The position numbers and the translations under genes were made by a program. Shown piece by piece: positions 9,522-18,299 of a stretch of 37,275 nt of DNA (positions within the stretch are counted from its first letter, which is position 1; every line of letters starts with the position of its first letter). Location of the stretch: positions 1-37,275 of IMG/VR virus record IMGVR_UViG_3300025066_000069; one strand, given 5' to 3'. This stretch comes from a virus (lineage: Duplodnaviria; Caudoviricetes). The notes beneath the pieces are model-generated. The model was not told the DNA's origin, ran no database searches, and was given only the letters and a program-made list of their open reading frames with translations.

Positions 9522-10604
9522 GTGGCAGCTCCCTACTCAACCACCCTGACGGACTACAGCAAGAAGTTCACCGCGACGTGGGAAGCGTCGTGGGAGAAGA
9601 TGGTGTGGCTCATCCTCGAGCAGTCCCCCCTGCTCTGGTACCACTACATGACCGGCGCGATCCACATGGAGGCGGCTCCTGCAGCCCGCATTCCGTTCGC
9701 GCACGCTGAGAACCCCAACGTCCAGACGTACCAGGGCACCGAGACCCTGAACACGGCTGAGTCGGAGTTCTACAAGCCGTTCATCTTCGACGACTGGGGG
9801 CAGATCAGCTGCCAGTCGGTCGTCGCCACCGACAAGATCGACACGAACAAGGGCGCCAAGGAGCAGATCGTCAAGATGCTGCCCGCGGAGCTCCAGCAGT
9901 GCGCGATCACGATGCGGAACTTCATCGAGACGCAGTTGCACACTGCGAAGGTCACCGACGGTGATGTCGACGGCCTCCGTGGCTTCCTCGAGTTCGCCGC
10001 GCCTGCCGCCCAGACGGGCACGGTGGGCAACGTCGCGAAGAACAGCACGTACCACTTCAACCAGTACGAGCAGGTCGCTGGCGGTTTCGCCGCCAACGGC
10101 GTGGCCGCCTGGACGAAGTTGTACCGGAAGTGTGCGCGGTGGGGCCGACGGCCTGACCTCATGCTGACGGACGTGGCTGTCTACGACGCCTATGAGGAGT
10201 GGTGCGGCCCTGAGCGTGCTCTCGTCGATGAGGCGATGGGTTCGGCTGGGTTCGACAACCTGCGTTTCAAGGGCGCCAAGGTCGTTCCCGACTACGGGAT
10301 CACCGAGGACTCCGGTGAGACCTTCATGCTGAACATCGCGGACAAGGCTCCGAGCAAGGCTTCCGGGCACAACTTCGAGCCCGGCTTCCTCGACCCCGTC
10401 AAGGGGAAGAGCAAGGGCGAGACCAACCTCGGCCGTCTCCAGCTGTGGATCAACCCGAACGCGCACTTCGCTTCCGACCCGTGGCGTCTCGCCCAGGAGC
10501 AGTGGGCGCTGATCTGCAAGACGAAGTTCCACGCGATGTACGTTCCCCTCAACCTGCGCGAGCACGGCACCTGCGACTTCGCAGCCGGCTCGTTCGTCGC
10601 CTGA
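9522..10604 (+). CDS. Major capsid protein (HK97 fold)
   Basis: 360 aa with strong codon bias and a GGAG RBS. Contains DVDGLRG, GTVGNV, RPDLMLTD..VYDAYE and AGFDNLRFKGAKVVPD. Confidence 0.9.
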   Translation: MAAPYSTTLTDYSKKFTATWEASWEKMVWLILEQSPLLWYHYMTGAIHMEAAPAARIPFAHAENPNVQTYQGTETLNTAESEFYKPFIFDDWGQISCQSVVATDKIDTNKGAKEQIVKMLPAELQQCAITMRNFIETQLHTAKVTDGDVDGLRGFLEFAAPAAQTGTVGNVAKNSTYHFNQYEQVAGGFAANGVAAWTKLYRKCARWGRRPDLMLTDVAVYDAYEEWCGPERALVDEAMGSAGFDNLRFKGAKVVPDYGITEDSGETFMLNIADKAPSKASGHNFEPGFLDPVKGKSKGETNLGRLQLWINPNAHFASDPWRLAQEQWALICKTKFHAMYVPLNLREHGTCDFAAGSFVA

Positions 10605-10616
10605 TAGGAGGTCACC

Positions 10617-11228
10617 ATGCTCAGTGCAGGCGGTTCCACGATCGAGATCTACAACGCTTCGGGCAGCGCACTCGCGTTCCGGTCCGTTGTTCAGGTCCTT
10701 CCCCCCGACAAGGCGCTCACGGGCGTCGGCAAGAACGCGTGGCGTGCTCAGACTTGGGCCGCTGGGTCCGACCTCGGCTCCCTCGGGATGCTGGCTGTCG
10801 TGTCCTCGGAGCAGGGCATCCCTGACGGGGAGTACGGCAGCGCGGCGAAGGCTGGCGGCGTGGCTTCGGTCACGATCAAGGCCAACGGCACCAACGTCTC
10901 GCAGTACGACGTGCTCGAGGCTGTGACTGGCCAGACCTACTTTCAGAAGTGGGGTTCGGCTCAGATGACGCTGACCGCGGCGACGATGTCGGCTGGCGAC
11001 CTGTCTGGTTCGGTGGCGTCGGCAGCGACGATCTCCGAGTCGATCAGTCGGCTCAACCAGTCGGTCAACTCCCTTCGTCTGGAGTTCAACAAGCTCCTGA
11101 CGAGCGTGGAGTCTGGGTTCGACGTGATCCAGAAGGTCCGTGCGGTCTACGTCGGTACGACGCTGTTGACGGCGTCGGACGCGACTGGCGATGTCGTGCT
11201 CTTCGGCGGCCCTCTCGGGGGCGTCTGA
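10617..11228 (+). CDS. Head decoration/cement protein with a Ser/Thr-rich helical insertion
   Basis: AGGAGG RBS right after the capsid gene and similar codon bias. Small beta-rich pattern (GMLAVV...GIPDGEYG) interrupted by SISRLNQSVNSLRLEFNKLL. Confidence 0.65.
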   Translation: MLSAGGSTIEIYNASGSALAFRSVVQVLPPDKALTGVGKNAWRAQTWAAGSDLGSLGMLAVVSSEQGIPDGEYGSAAKAGGVASVTIKANGTNVSQYDVLEAVTGQTYFQKWGSAQMTLTAATMSAGDLSGSVASAATISESISRLNQSVNSLRLEFNKLLTSVESGFDVIQKVRAVYVGTTLLTASDATGDVVLFGGPLGGV

Positions 11229-11241
11229 CAACAACAACCTC

Positions 11242-11282
11242 GGTGGCGGGCCGGGGGGCATGGTGCCCTCCCGCCCGTCACC
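11242..11282 (+). terminator. GC-rich stem-loop after the capsid and decoration genes (attenuator or mRNA stabiliser; no U-tract)
   Basis: GGTGGCGGGC (11242-11251) pairs with GCCCGTCACC (11273-11282), with an inner GGGGGCA/TGCCCTC stem. Confidence 0.5.
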
Positions 11283-11335
11283 AGTACGCCCGAGCCTCCC
11301 GTAGGGGAGTGTAAGCGGGTCGGGGAGATAGACAG

Positions 11336-11872
11336 ATGGCAGGCAGCACAAGCGCCCAGGCGGGCGGCCGGAAGCGTCCCGCGTGGACCGCTCTCAAGCA
11401 CGGACAGCAGGTGAAGGGCCTCGGCCTTATCCCGGTGTCCTTCTCGTTCGTGGGCGACTCCGTGGACTTCACTCGTGACATCTTCATCACCCGCACGTAC
11501 GCCCTCAGCGGCGAATGGCAGGTGGTTGGCTGTGTCATGACGGACGACAACCTCATCGGCTCCCATGCCAGCAACGGCTGGCGCTTCTACGCCCGCAACG
11601 CTGGCACGGACGGCAGTGACACCGACAACCTGTCGGCCAGCGGCTACTCCACCCTCACGGGCGGCGACGGCGGGATCTCGGCGGGCGCTCCGTTCACGGT
11701 TCCGGTCGAAGGGCCTGACAACTCGACCCCGACGAACGTGTTCGCTGGGGAGGATGAGGTCATCCAGATCGTTGGCGTGAGCGAAGGCACTCAGCCGGAC
11801 CTCTCGTCGCATGAGTTCGTCGGAACCCTGTACCTGGTGAACTCGCCTCCGGGCCGCTCGGGAACGCCGTAG
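11336..11872 (+). CDS. Putative virion structural protein
   Basis: Beta-rich, G/S/T-rich 178 aa ORF in the structural module, with an RBS. Confidence 0.65.
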   Translation: MAGSTSAQAGGRKRPAWTALKHGQQVKGLGLIPVSFSFVGDSVDFTRDIFITRTYALSGEWQVVGCVMTDDNLIGSHASNGWRFYARNAGTDGSDTDNLSASGYSTLTGGDGGISAGAPFTVPVEGPDNSTPTNVFAGEDEVIQIVGVSEGTQPDLSSHEFVGTLYLVNSPPGRSGTP

Positions 11873-11889
11873 CGTAGGGAGGTCCCCCC

Positions 11890-13137
11890 GTGGACTTCTC
11901 CACGCTCTACACGCGGCTGGGTCGTAGACGAGGCTTTGACGGGAACACCGCCCGTCTGAAGGGCTTCGTCAACGATGCGATCCAGGAGATCGTCGGTCGG
12001 CGCTCGGACTGGGAGTGGCTGCGAGGGCAGCATCAATTCCAGACCCGGGCGCCGATCACGAGCTCGACTGCCACGTTCACGAACGACTCCTACACGGTGG
12101 GGATCGGGTCGGCTGCGACTGTGACTCTGGCGGGGGCCCTGTCCTCTTCGCCGGATGACGCGCTCTACCGGATCACTCTTGGGAACTCGACGGGGTCGTC
12201 GTTTACGATCCCGGTCAAGTACCCGGGGGCGACGGTGTCTGGCTCCGCCGCACTGAAGGTGTATTTCGACACCTACCCGCTTCCTGCGGGCTGCACGCAG
12301 ATTGAACGACTCGTCGTTACTGGCAACGGGTGGCAGACGCCGATCCCGCAGGAGTCGCTATTGCCTTCCGGCATGGCGGTCCTGACGTTCAACGACACAG
12401 AGACGTACCCGCGCGCCTACGCGCTGGACTCGAGCGTGCAACTTGAGACTCCACGTCTCGGCCCCACTGTCGCCGCGGCGGCGGGCACGGGCCTGACAGG
12501 GGTCTACTCGTTCGCTTACGCATATCTGAACGACGCCACTGGCGAGGTTGGCCCTCTCTCCCCGACGGCTTCTGTGACGCTGACGAACGAGGACGTTGAC
12601 ATCACCGGCATCCGAACCCGCGGCGGCCTTCGGCGACGCCTTTACCGCACTGAGGCGGGCGGTTCGGACTTGCTCTGGCTGAAGGATTTGGATTCATCGT
12701 CTGGAAGCGAACTTGCTGAGAGCACTGCAGATAGCGCGCTTGGCTTCGACACCGTCTCCGACAAGTTCATCGGCGGGCACCCTGGTCACGCATCGACTAC
12801 CCGTGTCCGTCTTTGGCCTCCGCCCGACGAGGAGTATCTCGTCAGTCTCACGTACTTCGCTGGCCAGAAAGACCTTGTCCTCGACAATGAGGTTCCTCTT
12901 CTACCGTCGCGGTATCACCACCTGATCCTGACTCTTGCTGAATCGCTCGCTCTTTCTGAAGAGGAAAACCACCGTGCGGCTGCTCAGAAGCGGCAGATCG
13001 CAATGGAGGGCGTCGACCAGATGGCGATGGAGCAGGACATGGACCCGAACCGGATTGCCGGCGTCGGTCGCGGCGCCACGGCCAGCCGTCGTCTGGAGCT
13101 CCATGATGGCCGCTGGCCCCGATTTGTGGACCAGTAG
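11890..13137 (+). CDS. Head-tail adaptor (tail tubular protein A-like) with inserted beta domains
   Basis: N-terminal LKGFVNDAIQEIV...WEWLR and C-terminal RLWPPPDEEY...VPLLPSRYHHLIL. GGAGG RBS. Confidence 0.75.
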   Translation: MDFSTLYTRLGRRRGFDGNTARLKGFVNDAIQEIVGRRSDWEWLRGQHQFQTRAPITSSTATFTNDSYTVGIGSAATVTLAGALSSSPDDALYRITLGNSTGSSFTIPVKYPGATVSGSAALKVYFDTYPLPAGCTQIERLVVTGNGWQTPIPQESLLPSGMAVLTFNDTETYPRAYALDSSVQLETPRLGPTVAAAAGTGLTGVYSFAYAYLNDATGEVGPLSPTASVTLTNEDVDITGIRTRGGLRRRLYRTEAGGSDLLWLKDLDSSSGSELAESTADSALGFDTVSDKFIGGHPGHASTTRVRLWPPPDEEYLVSLTYFAGQKDLVLDNEVPLLPSRYHHLILTLAESLALSEEENHRAAAQKRQIAMEGVDQMAMEQDMDPNRIAGVGRGATASRRLELHDGRWPRFVDQ

Positions 13138-13140
13138 CCG

Positions 13141-15123
13141 ATGGGACGTATCGCCCGAGGCAAGGGTCGTCGCGCAACCCCTGTAGTCACTACGGGCCTA
13201 TCCGACCGTGCGTGGCAGCAGAATGGGGAGATGCGGAAGGCGCATGGCGTCTTTTTTGACACGACGGGGATGGTGCGGAAGGCCGGTGGCGTTCGCGAGT
13301 ACGTCACATGGGACCCGAATCCGTTCAAGGACAACATCATCTCTGCGATGACGGAGTTCAGGATCCCCCGCGGGCCCTCTGAGTTTGTAGCGGCGTGGGC
13401 GGGGAACGTGGGGTTCTTGCGGCGGGATGGGATCCCAGCTGCGAACCGTTTCCTGACTGGGCGTTACGACGCGCCGACTCCGCAGGATGGGGATCGCTTC
13501 TCGATCTACAACGACTGGCTGTACGTCTTCAACGGGCGTGACGCGAACATGAAGTGGAACGGGGACTACGCTGCTCCGGTTGGGGTCAGCGAGGTCCCAT
13601 CGCCGCCGGGTGCGCAGAAGCAAGTGGACACCTCTTATCTGACCGATTACTCGCTGGACAACTCGGGCGACAGTTTCACGTTCCGTTACCGGGCTACATT
13701 CGTGAACAGCAGTGGACATGAGGGCCCTCCGTCGCCATCTGGGGCCCACACCACCATTGGTAGTGGCTCAGATCGGGCTGTTGTCCGCGTGTCGTTGACG
13801 CCACCTGTTGCCGAAGACCTCATCTACACGAACATCTACAAGCAGGCGGTGGGTGGCGGGTACTACTTTTGGCGTCAGGTCTCCGTCCATGAGGCCGTGG
13901 TGTATGACCATGAGGAGCCGCTTGCGTCATCGACGCTCGGTTCGCCTTTGGTTGAAACGACGCAGCCCCCTCCAGTAAGTCGGTTCATCTCCTTCTTTCG
14001 TGGACGTGGCTACTACGTTCCGACTGACTTCCCTTCGTTCGTCTTCTACTCCGACAGTGGGTTTCCTGAGCAGCTTTCGTCGGGGTTCCAGTTCCTTGAC
14101 GTTCAAAGCGGAGATGGCGAGCCAATCACCGGCCTTGCACAACTTGACGACTCGCTGCTCATCTTCAAGCCGACGTCGATCTGGCAGGTGTCCACGCTTG
14201 CAGACGGAACGCCCGTACTGAGCCCGGTGGCAGAGGGCGTGGGCTGTGTTGCTCCTGGCTCGCTCACCCTCACGCGAGGCCGACTGTTGTTCGTGGGCCA
14301 AGAAGGCGTTTACGAGTACGACGGTGGTGGTGTTCGTCCACTGAGCAATGAGCTCTATCGGTGGTGGCGGAACGTGGATGCGGCCGGACTGCGGCAAGCG
14401 GTTTCGGTAGTGGACGAGCAGGCTCGACGCGCTTACATCGTTGTCCCCTCTGACGCGGGCCCGTGGCCGTCGACTGTGCTGACGTACCACTACGACATTG
14501 GTGGCTGGACGATGACGCCTGGCTACCAGGTGACCGCCGCTACGGTCTACAAGGACAATGTCCTCTTCGGGGTTTTGACTCAGTCTGGTATCGGGGACGT
14601 CGTGCTGTTCGGCGTGTCTGATGACGTTGCCGTGCCCGACTTTAACGTGAGCGATGGGACGCAAAAGGGGTCGGATGCTGATGTCGCGACCATCTACGGG
14701 GAAGCCCGTTTCGGTCCTTATTCTCAGTATGAGACGAGTTGGGCGCCGGATGAGTTGATGGAGATTGTCGGAGTGACGGTCTTCTTTGAGCGGTCCGTCG
14801 TGTCTTCGTTGCAGATCGACATCTACAAGGATAGAGACCCCGTCGCCACAGAGACCAAGACGTTCTCTCTCCGGCAAAGCGGGTTCAAGACTGCGCAGTC
14901 TGGCAACGAGGACTTGACTACCCATGCTGGCTGGGACGGGAAGGACTGGGGCCAGTCCACTTGGACGGGGCCTCGGCAATTGCAGCAGCACGTCATGTTC
15001 GACGACTCTGTGCTCTGCAGGGAGTTCGAGATCGGCTTCACCAACGCGAACGCGCAGGAGCCTTTTGCCATTGCCGGCTTCATCGTCTGGCGGGTGGAGC
15101 GTGGTGCGGAGCAACAGCGGTGA
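13141..15123 (+). CDS. Tail nozzle/stabilisation protein (P22 gp10 / T7 gp12-like beta-propeller)
   Basis: VFYSDSGFPE, DGEPITGL...LLIFKPTSIWQV, GVGCVAPGS and GVYEYDG. Follows the adaptor gene. Confidence 0.8.
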   Translation: MGRIARGKGRRATPVVTTGLSDRAWQQNGEMRKAHGVFFDTTGMVRKAGGVREYVTWDPNPFKDNIISAMTEFRIPRGPSEFVAAWAGNVGFLRRDGIPAANRFLTGRYDAPTPQDGDRFSIYNDWLYVFNGRDANMKWNGDYAAPVGVSEVPSPPGAQKQVDTSYLTDYSLDNSGDSFTFRYRATFVNSSGHEGPPSPSGAHTTIGSGSDRAVVRVSLTPPVAEDLIYTNIYKQAVGGGYYFWRQVSVHEAVVYDHEEPLASSTLGSPLVETTQPPPVSRFISFFRGRGYYVPTDFPSFVFYSDSGFPEQLSSGFQFLDVQSGDGEPITGLAQLDDSLLIFKPTSIWQVSTLADGTPVLSPVAEGVGCVAPGSLTLTRGRLLFVGQEGVYEYDGGGVRPLSNELYRWWRNVDAAGLRQAVSVVDEQARRAYIVVPSDAGPWPSTVLTYHYDIGGWTMTPGYQVTAATVYKDNVLFGVLTQSGIGDVVLFGVSDDVAVPDFNVSDGTQKGSDADVATIYGEARFGPYSQYETSWAPDELMEIVGVTVFFERSVVSSLQIDIYKDRDPVATETKTFSLRQSGFKTAQSGNEDLTTHAGWDGKDWGQSTWTGPRQLQQHVMFDDSVLCREFEIGFTNANAQEPFAIAGFIVWRVERGAEQQR

Positions 15124-15338
15124 GGCTGACCCCCGAAGAAGCTGATCGGACGCCTGCTTCGCTGAAGAAGCAGCTGCGCCGTGCTGTGCGGTTCGCTGAC
15201 CTCGGCGTTCCCGCGTCGTGGCCGCTCGAGCGCAGGGCGCACAAGGCGGTCCGCCTGCTCGGCGGGGGTAGCGTGACATTCCGCCGTCCGGCAACGGTTC
15301 GGCGTGCGATCCTGCTCCTGACGAACGGGGGCGGCTGA
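15120..15338 (+). CDS. Small basic hypothetical protein
   Basis: GTG at 15120 overlaps the nozzle stop, and its stop overlaps the next ATG. Reads MRLTPEEADRTP... Confidence 0.5.
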   Translation: MRLTPEEADRTPASLKKQLRRAVRFADLGVPASWPLERRAHKAVRLLGGGSVTFRRPATVRRAILLLTNGGG

Positions 15339-15973
15339 TGCCCGGTGGGCTCTACAGGCGGCGAACGTATCCGGCCTCAAACTACACAGACGACCCCGAT
15401 GAGGTGTGGTCGGAGTTCCAGCGGATCCGTTCACACTTCATGTCGTTGGATCAGAACAACGTGCTCGAGGATGGCGTGGGCCGTGCTCGCATCGCAAAGC
15501 CGAATCACGCTTCCCATGAAGGACTGAGTGACTTCCTGGCTTCCGCGGTTGCTGGCAGTGGGTCAACAGACCCCATGTTCGACTACGAGACTGCGACCAC
15601 CGACACCTACGCGGTCGCTGAGGATGATGGGACCTGGAAGGTTGATCAGAACGTCTCCATTGAGGGAGTCGCGAGGTCTGCCGGGTTCTGGATTGTAGCC
15701 GGCTCTGCTCAGTTCAACTGCGGGACAGCAACCGATCATGCGGACGTCGAAGTCGCTGTGCTCAGTTCGCGAACTGGCCCTGCAGTTGGGGTGGGATCGG
15801 GGCATGTGGACTCTGCCACGCTGCACTGCAGCCCGATGGGCACGTCAGCGCTGTTGATCCCAGCGGGCAGTTTCAAACTGCAACTTGCCGTTCGAGTGAA
15901 CTGGTACGGGTCCCTCACCGCCTCTGTCTCTGTGTCCTCACGGTCCATCATGGCTTTCGGGCTGTATCGCTGA
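15338..15973 (+). CDS. Putative short tail fibre/spike protein 1
   Basis: N-terminal helical anchor (EVWSEFQRI...LDQNNV) and a beta-strand-rich C-terminus. Confidence 0.6.
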   Translation: MPGGLYRRRTYPASNYTDDPDEVWSEFQRIRSHFMSLDQNNVLEDGVGRARIAKPNHASHEGLSDFLASAVAGSGSTDPMFDYETATTDTYAVAEDDGTWKVDQNVSIEGVARSAGFWIVAGSAQFNCGTATDHADVEVAVLSSRTGPAVGVGSGHVDSATLHCSPMGTSALLIPAGSFKLQLAVRVNWYGSLTASVSVSSRSIMAFGLYR

Positions 15974-16542
15974 TGCCGCAACTCACGTACACGACCAGCA
16001 TCCGCGACCAGGCCGGAGAGGCAAACTCCGCCACGCCGTTGACGGACAATCTTCAGGACATTGAAGATTTGGCGACGACTGGTTTCGACTACGAGAATGT
16101 AGAGCAGTGGTCTCTCGACAATGAGCATGTCTATGACGGCGGTGGTTCCCCTGTCCCGTTGAAGGCTGCGTACAACGACTATGACGATGGGAACACCGCC
16201 TACGCCGGCCCAAGCGGAACGTGGGAAGACATTGTTCAGGTCACGGTGAGCGCAGAAAGTGGGGTGAGCGGGGTCTACATTTGGGCAGGACTGCGCACCG
16301 ACGCGACGGGAACAACAACCGACACGCACCAGATCCGACTTCACGTGAACGGTGGAACGATTACCCACACCACTCGTGACATTGGCCCGTCGAACAACCA
16401 GAACGGCGGCGGCGCGACGATGTACGCCCTCCAGGCTCCGTCGGGTTCGTTTGACGTGAAACTCCAGCTGGCCGTTACGACGGGCGCCGCCCTCCCGAAT
16501 TGGCACGACGCTTTCGTCAAAGTAATCGTGGTGACCCGATGA
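15973..16542 (+). CDS. Putative short tail fibre/spike protein 2
   Basis: Same architecture (LTDNLQDIE...FDYENV). TGATG coupling to the previous gene. Confidence 0.6.
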   Translation: MPQLTYTTSIRDQAGEANSATPLTDNLQDIEDLATTGFDYENVEQWSLDNEHVYDGGGSPVPLKAAYNDYDDGNTAYAGPSGTWEDIVQVTVSAESGVSGVYIWAGLRTDATGTTTDTHQIRLHVNGGTITHTTRDIGPSNNQNGGGATMYALQAPSGSFDVKLQLAVTTGAALPNWHDAFVKVIVVTR

Positions 16543-17162
16543 CAGACCTGAACCTCACGATCGCAGCGGGCTTCGTTGACGCTGCCGGAAACCCGATGAC
16601 TGCCTCGCAGTGGACGGCTCCGCTTGATGAGATCGAGACGTTTTTGGGCGGGTTGGTAGGTCGGGACGGTGTCGGGGACGACAACTGGAAAGCAGACGGC
16701 GCAGTCCGCGGCACATGCTTCAGGAAGGACGCTGTCTCGGAGGTGTTCCGCCTTCAGAACGCCTCCGACGGATGGATAGTTTCGCCGGACACGTCTCTCT
16801 CTGGTGGCCCGCCTCACGGGATCTCGCCTTCCCCGTTGCCCGGCGGCTATCTCCGTTACTACCTCCGCACTGATGCTGAGTTCGTTGCGATGTTCTACAC
16901 AGCGAAGGTGATCGACATGGCGGCCTCGAACACCTTCGACTTCCGAAGCGAGGCGGACCTTGACGGCACTGTCCTCGCGTCAACGAATGTGGCGGACTCT
17001 GGGGGGGAGCTCTCTTCGATCAGGCTGTGCTGGTCGGCGACTGGCTCGCCGCAGGTTGATTCAGGGTGGCATTACGTGGCGAACTACGTGGTCGCGGGCT
17101 CCCCCTCCGTTCAACTCGTGCTCGGGAAGACCGAACTCGTCGTCGTCGCCGCGTACAAGTAG
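16539..17162 (+). CDS. Putative short tail fibre/spike protein 3
   Basis: ATG at 16539 (ATGA overlap). WTAPLDEIETFL...VGDDNW followed by a beta-rich domain. Confidence 0.6.
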   Translation: MTDLNLTIAAGFVDAAGNPMTASQWTAPLDEIETFLGGLVGRDGVGDDNWKADGAVRGTCFRKDAVSEVFRLQNASDGWIVSPDTSLSGGPPHGISPSPLPGGYLRYYLRTDAEFVAMFYTAKVIDMAASNTFDFRSEADLDGTVLASTNVADSGGELSSIRLCWSATGSPQVDSGWHYVANYVVAGSPSVQLVLGKTELVVVAAYK

Positions 17163-17176
17163 GTTAGGATTCAAAC

Positions 17177-17644
17177 ATGGCGTTCCTCGAGCCTACAGCC
17201 GCATTGATGCCTACCGGGCTCTACGAGTACGACCTCGGCGCCCAGCGGGCCGTGGAGGCCGCTCAGGCCCGTCGTCAGGCTGGCTTGTCCGCGCCTGTGA
17301 TCGGAGCCGGCGGACTGCAGGGGGCGGGTCTCCTCCGTCGCCAGGGGATCGAAGAGTCTTTTCAGGCAGCCGTGCAGGAAGCCGAACGTCGCCGTCTGAT
17401 GCAGGAGATCCGTCGTCGGTCGCAGGAAGCGGAGCTCGGAAAGCGTCGGCGCGCACAGACAATGCAGGCTGGGGCGGGGGCGATCGGCAACGTGACGACG
17501 GGCCTAATCGCCGGTCTTTCTGAGCACATTCCGGCAAAGGCTACGACGGGCACGTCTGCTCCGGCGAACGCGGCGGCTCAGGACGCTACGTCTACGGCTA
17601 CGGACGCGGCATCGCAGGCTGTCAGGGGGTTCCGATGGCTCTGA
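17177..17644 (+). CDS. Putative internal virion (ejection) protein
   Basis: A/Q/R-rich helical sequence with a Gly-rich hydrophobic segment, located after the tail genes. Confidence 0.55.
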   Translation: MAFLEPTAALMPTGLYEYDLGAQRAVEAAQARRQAGLSAPVIGAGGLQGAGLLRRQGIEESFQAAVQEAERRRLMQEIRRRSQEAELGKRRRAQTMQAGAGAIGNVTTGLIAGLSEHIPAKATTGTSAPANAAAQDATSTATDAASQAVRGFRWL

Positions 17645-18297
17645 TCTCTCACTTCATGGGTCTCGGCGAAAGCGTCGAGGGCGAGAAGACTGGTACGTGG
17701 ATCCCAGATCAGGCGTACTACGACCGTTATATCCGGGCGGAAGAAGAGCAGATCAAGGGTGCTGCGCGTCGTCGGGCGGGCGCCATTGGCCGAGGAGGCC
17801 GCGCGAAGCAGGGTCAGTTCCTCACTGCTCAGGGGCTTGGCGGGACCGCGCTTGAGACCAGTCAGCAGAAGGGCCTCACCAACGCTTTCCGGCGGGCCCT
17901 GAGCCGGTCCTTGCAAGAGGCTCAGATGGAGGGAGAGGCTCTTCGTCGCGCGAAGTTCGCAGAACGGGACCAGGCGCGCGGCGAGTCGCTCGGTCGGATT
18001 GGCACGGCGTCGAACCTCGAAAGCCAGATCGGGTCGGCCATCCTTTCGATCAGCCCCTACACGGCTGCTCTTGCTCCAATCCATGGCGCTTCGACTGCGA
18101 CGGCCGGCATCGCGTCCACCCTCGGCACACAGGACCAGCCCAACCGGATGGCGCGTGCCCAAGGCTACGACGACGCCGATCCGATTCGGACCGTTGAGTA
18201 CGGCGCTCCTCAGTTGTTCACGTCTGGCGACCCCGGTGGGGTACAACGTGCTCGAGGCGGTGGCGGGCAGGACTTCCTTCGCCAGTACGGGTACTGA
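17635..18297 (+). CDS. Putative internal virion (ejection) protein
   Basis: Helical sequence containing AQGLGGTALE and a hydrophobic Ala-rich segment. Confidence 0.55.
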   Translation: MALISHFMGLGESVEGEKTGTWIPDQAYYDRYIRAEEEQIKGAARRRAGAIGRGGRAKQGQFLTAQGLGGTALETSQQKGLTNAFRRALSRSLQEAQMEGEALRRAKFAERDQARGESLGRIGTASNLESQIGSAILSISPYTAALAPIHGASTATAGIASTLGTQDQPNRMARAQGYDDADPIRTVEYGAPQLFTSGDPGGVQRARGGGGQDFLRQYGY

Positions 18298-18299
18298 CC

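Noticed and set aside
10950-11140. True flagellin homology in the decoration protein
   Set aside because: The resemblance is only compositional and helical. The conserved flagellin LGAxQNR motif is absent.
9537-11351. 604-aa minus-strand ORF, and similar long antisense ORFs at 1778-2953, 5594-6718, 13927-15294 and 18210-19787
   Set aside because: They are shadow frames of strongly codon-biased, GC-rich + strand genes, are Arg/Leu/Val-rich and show no motifs.
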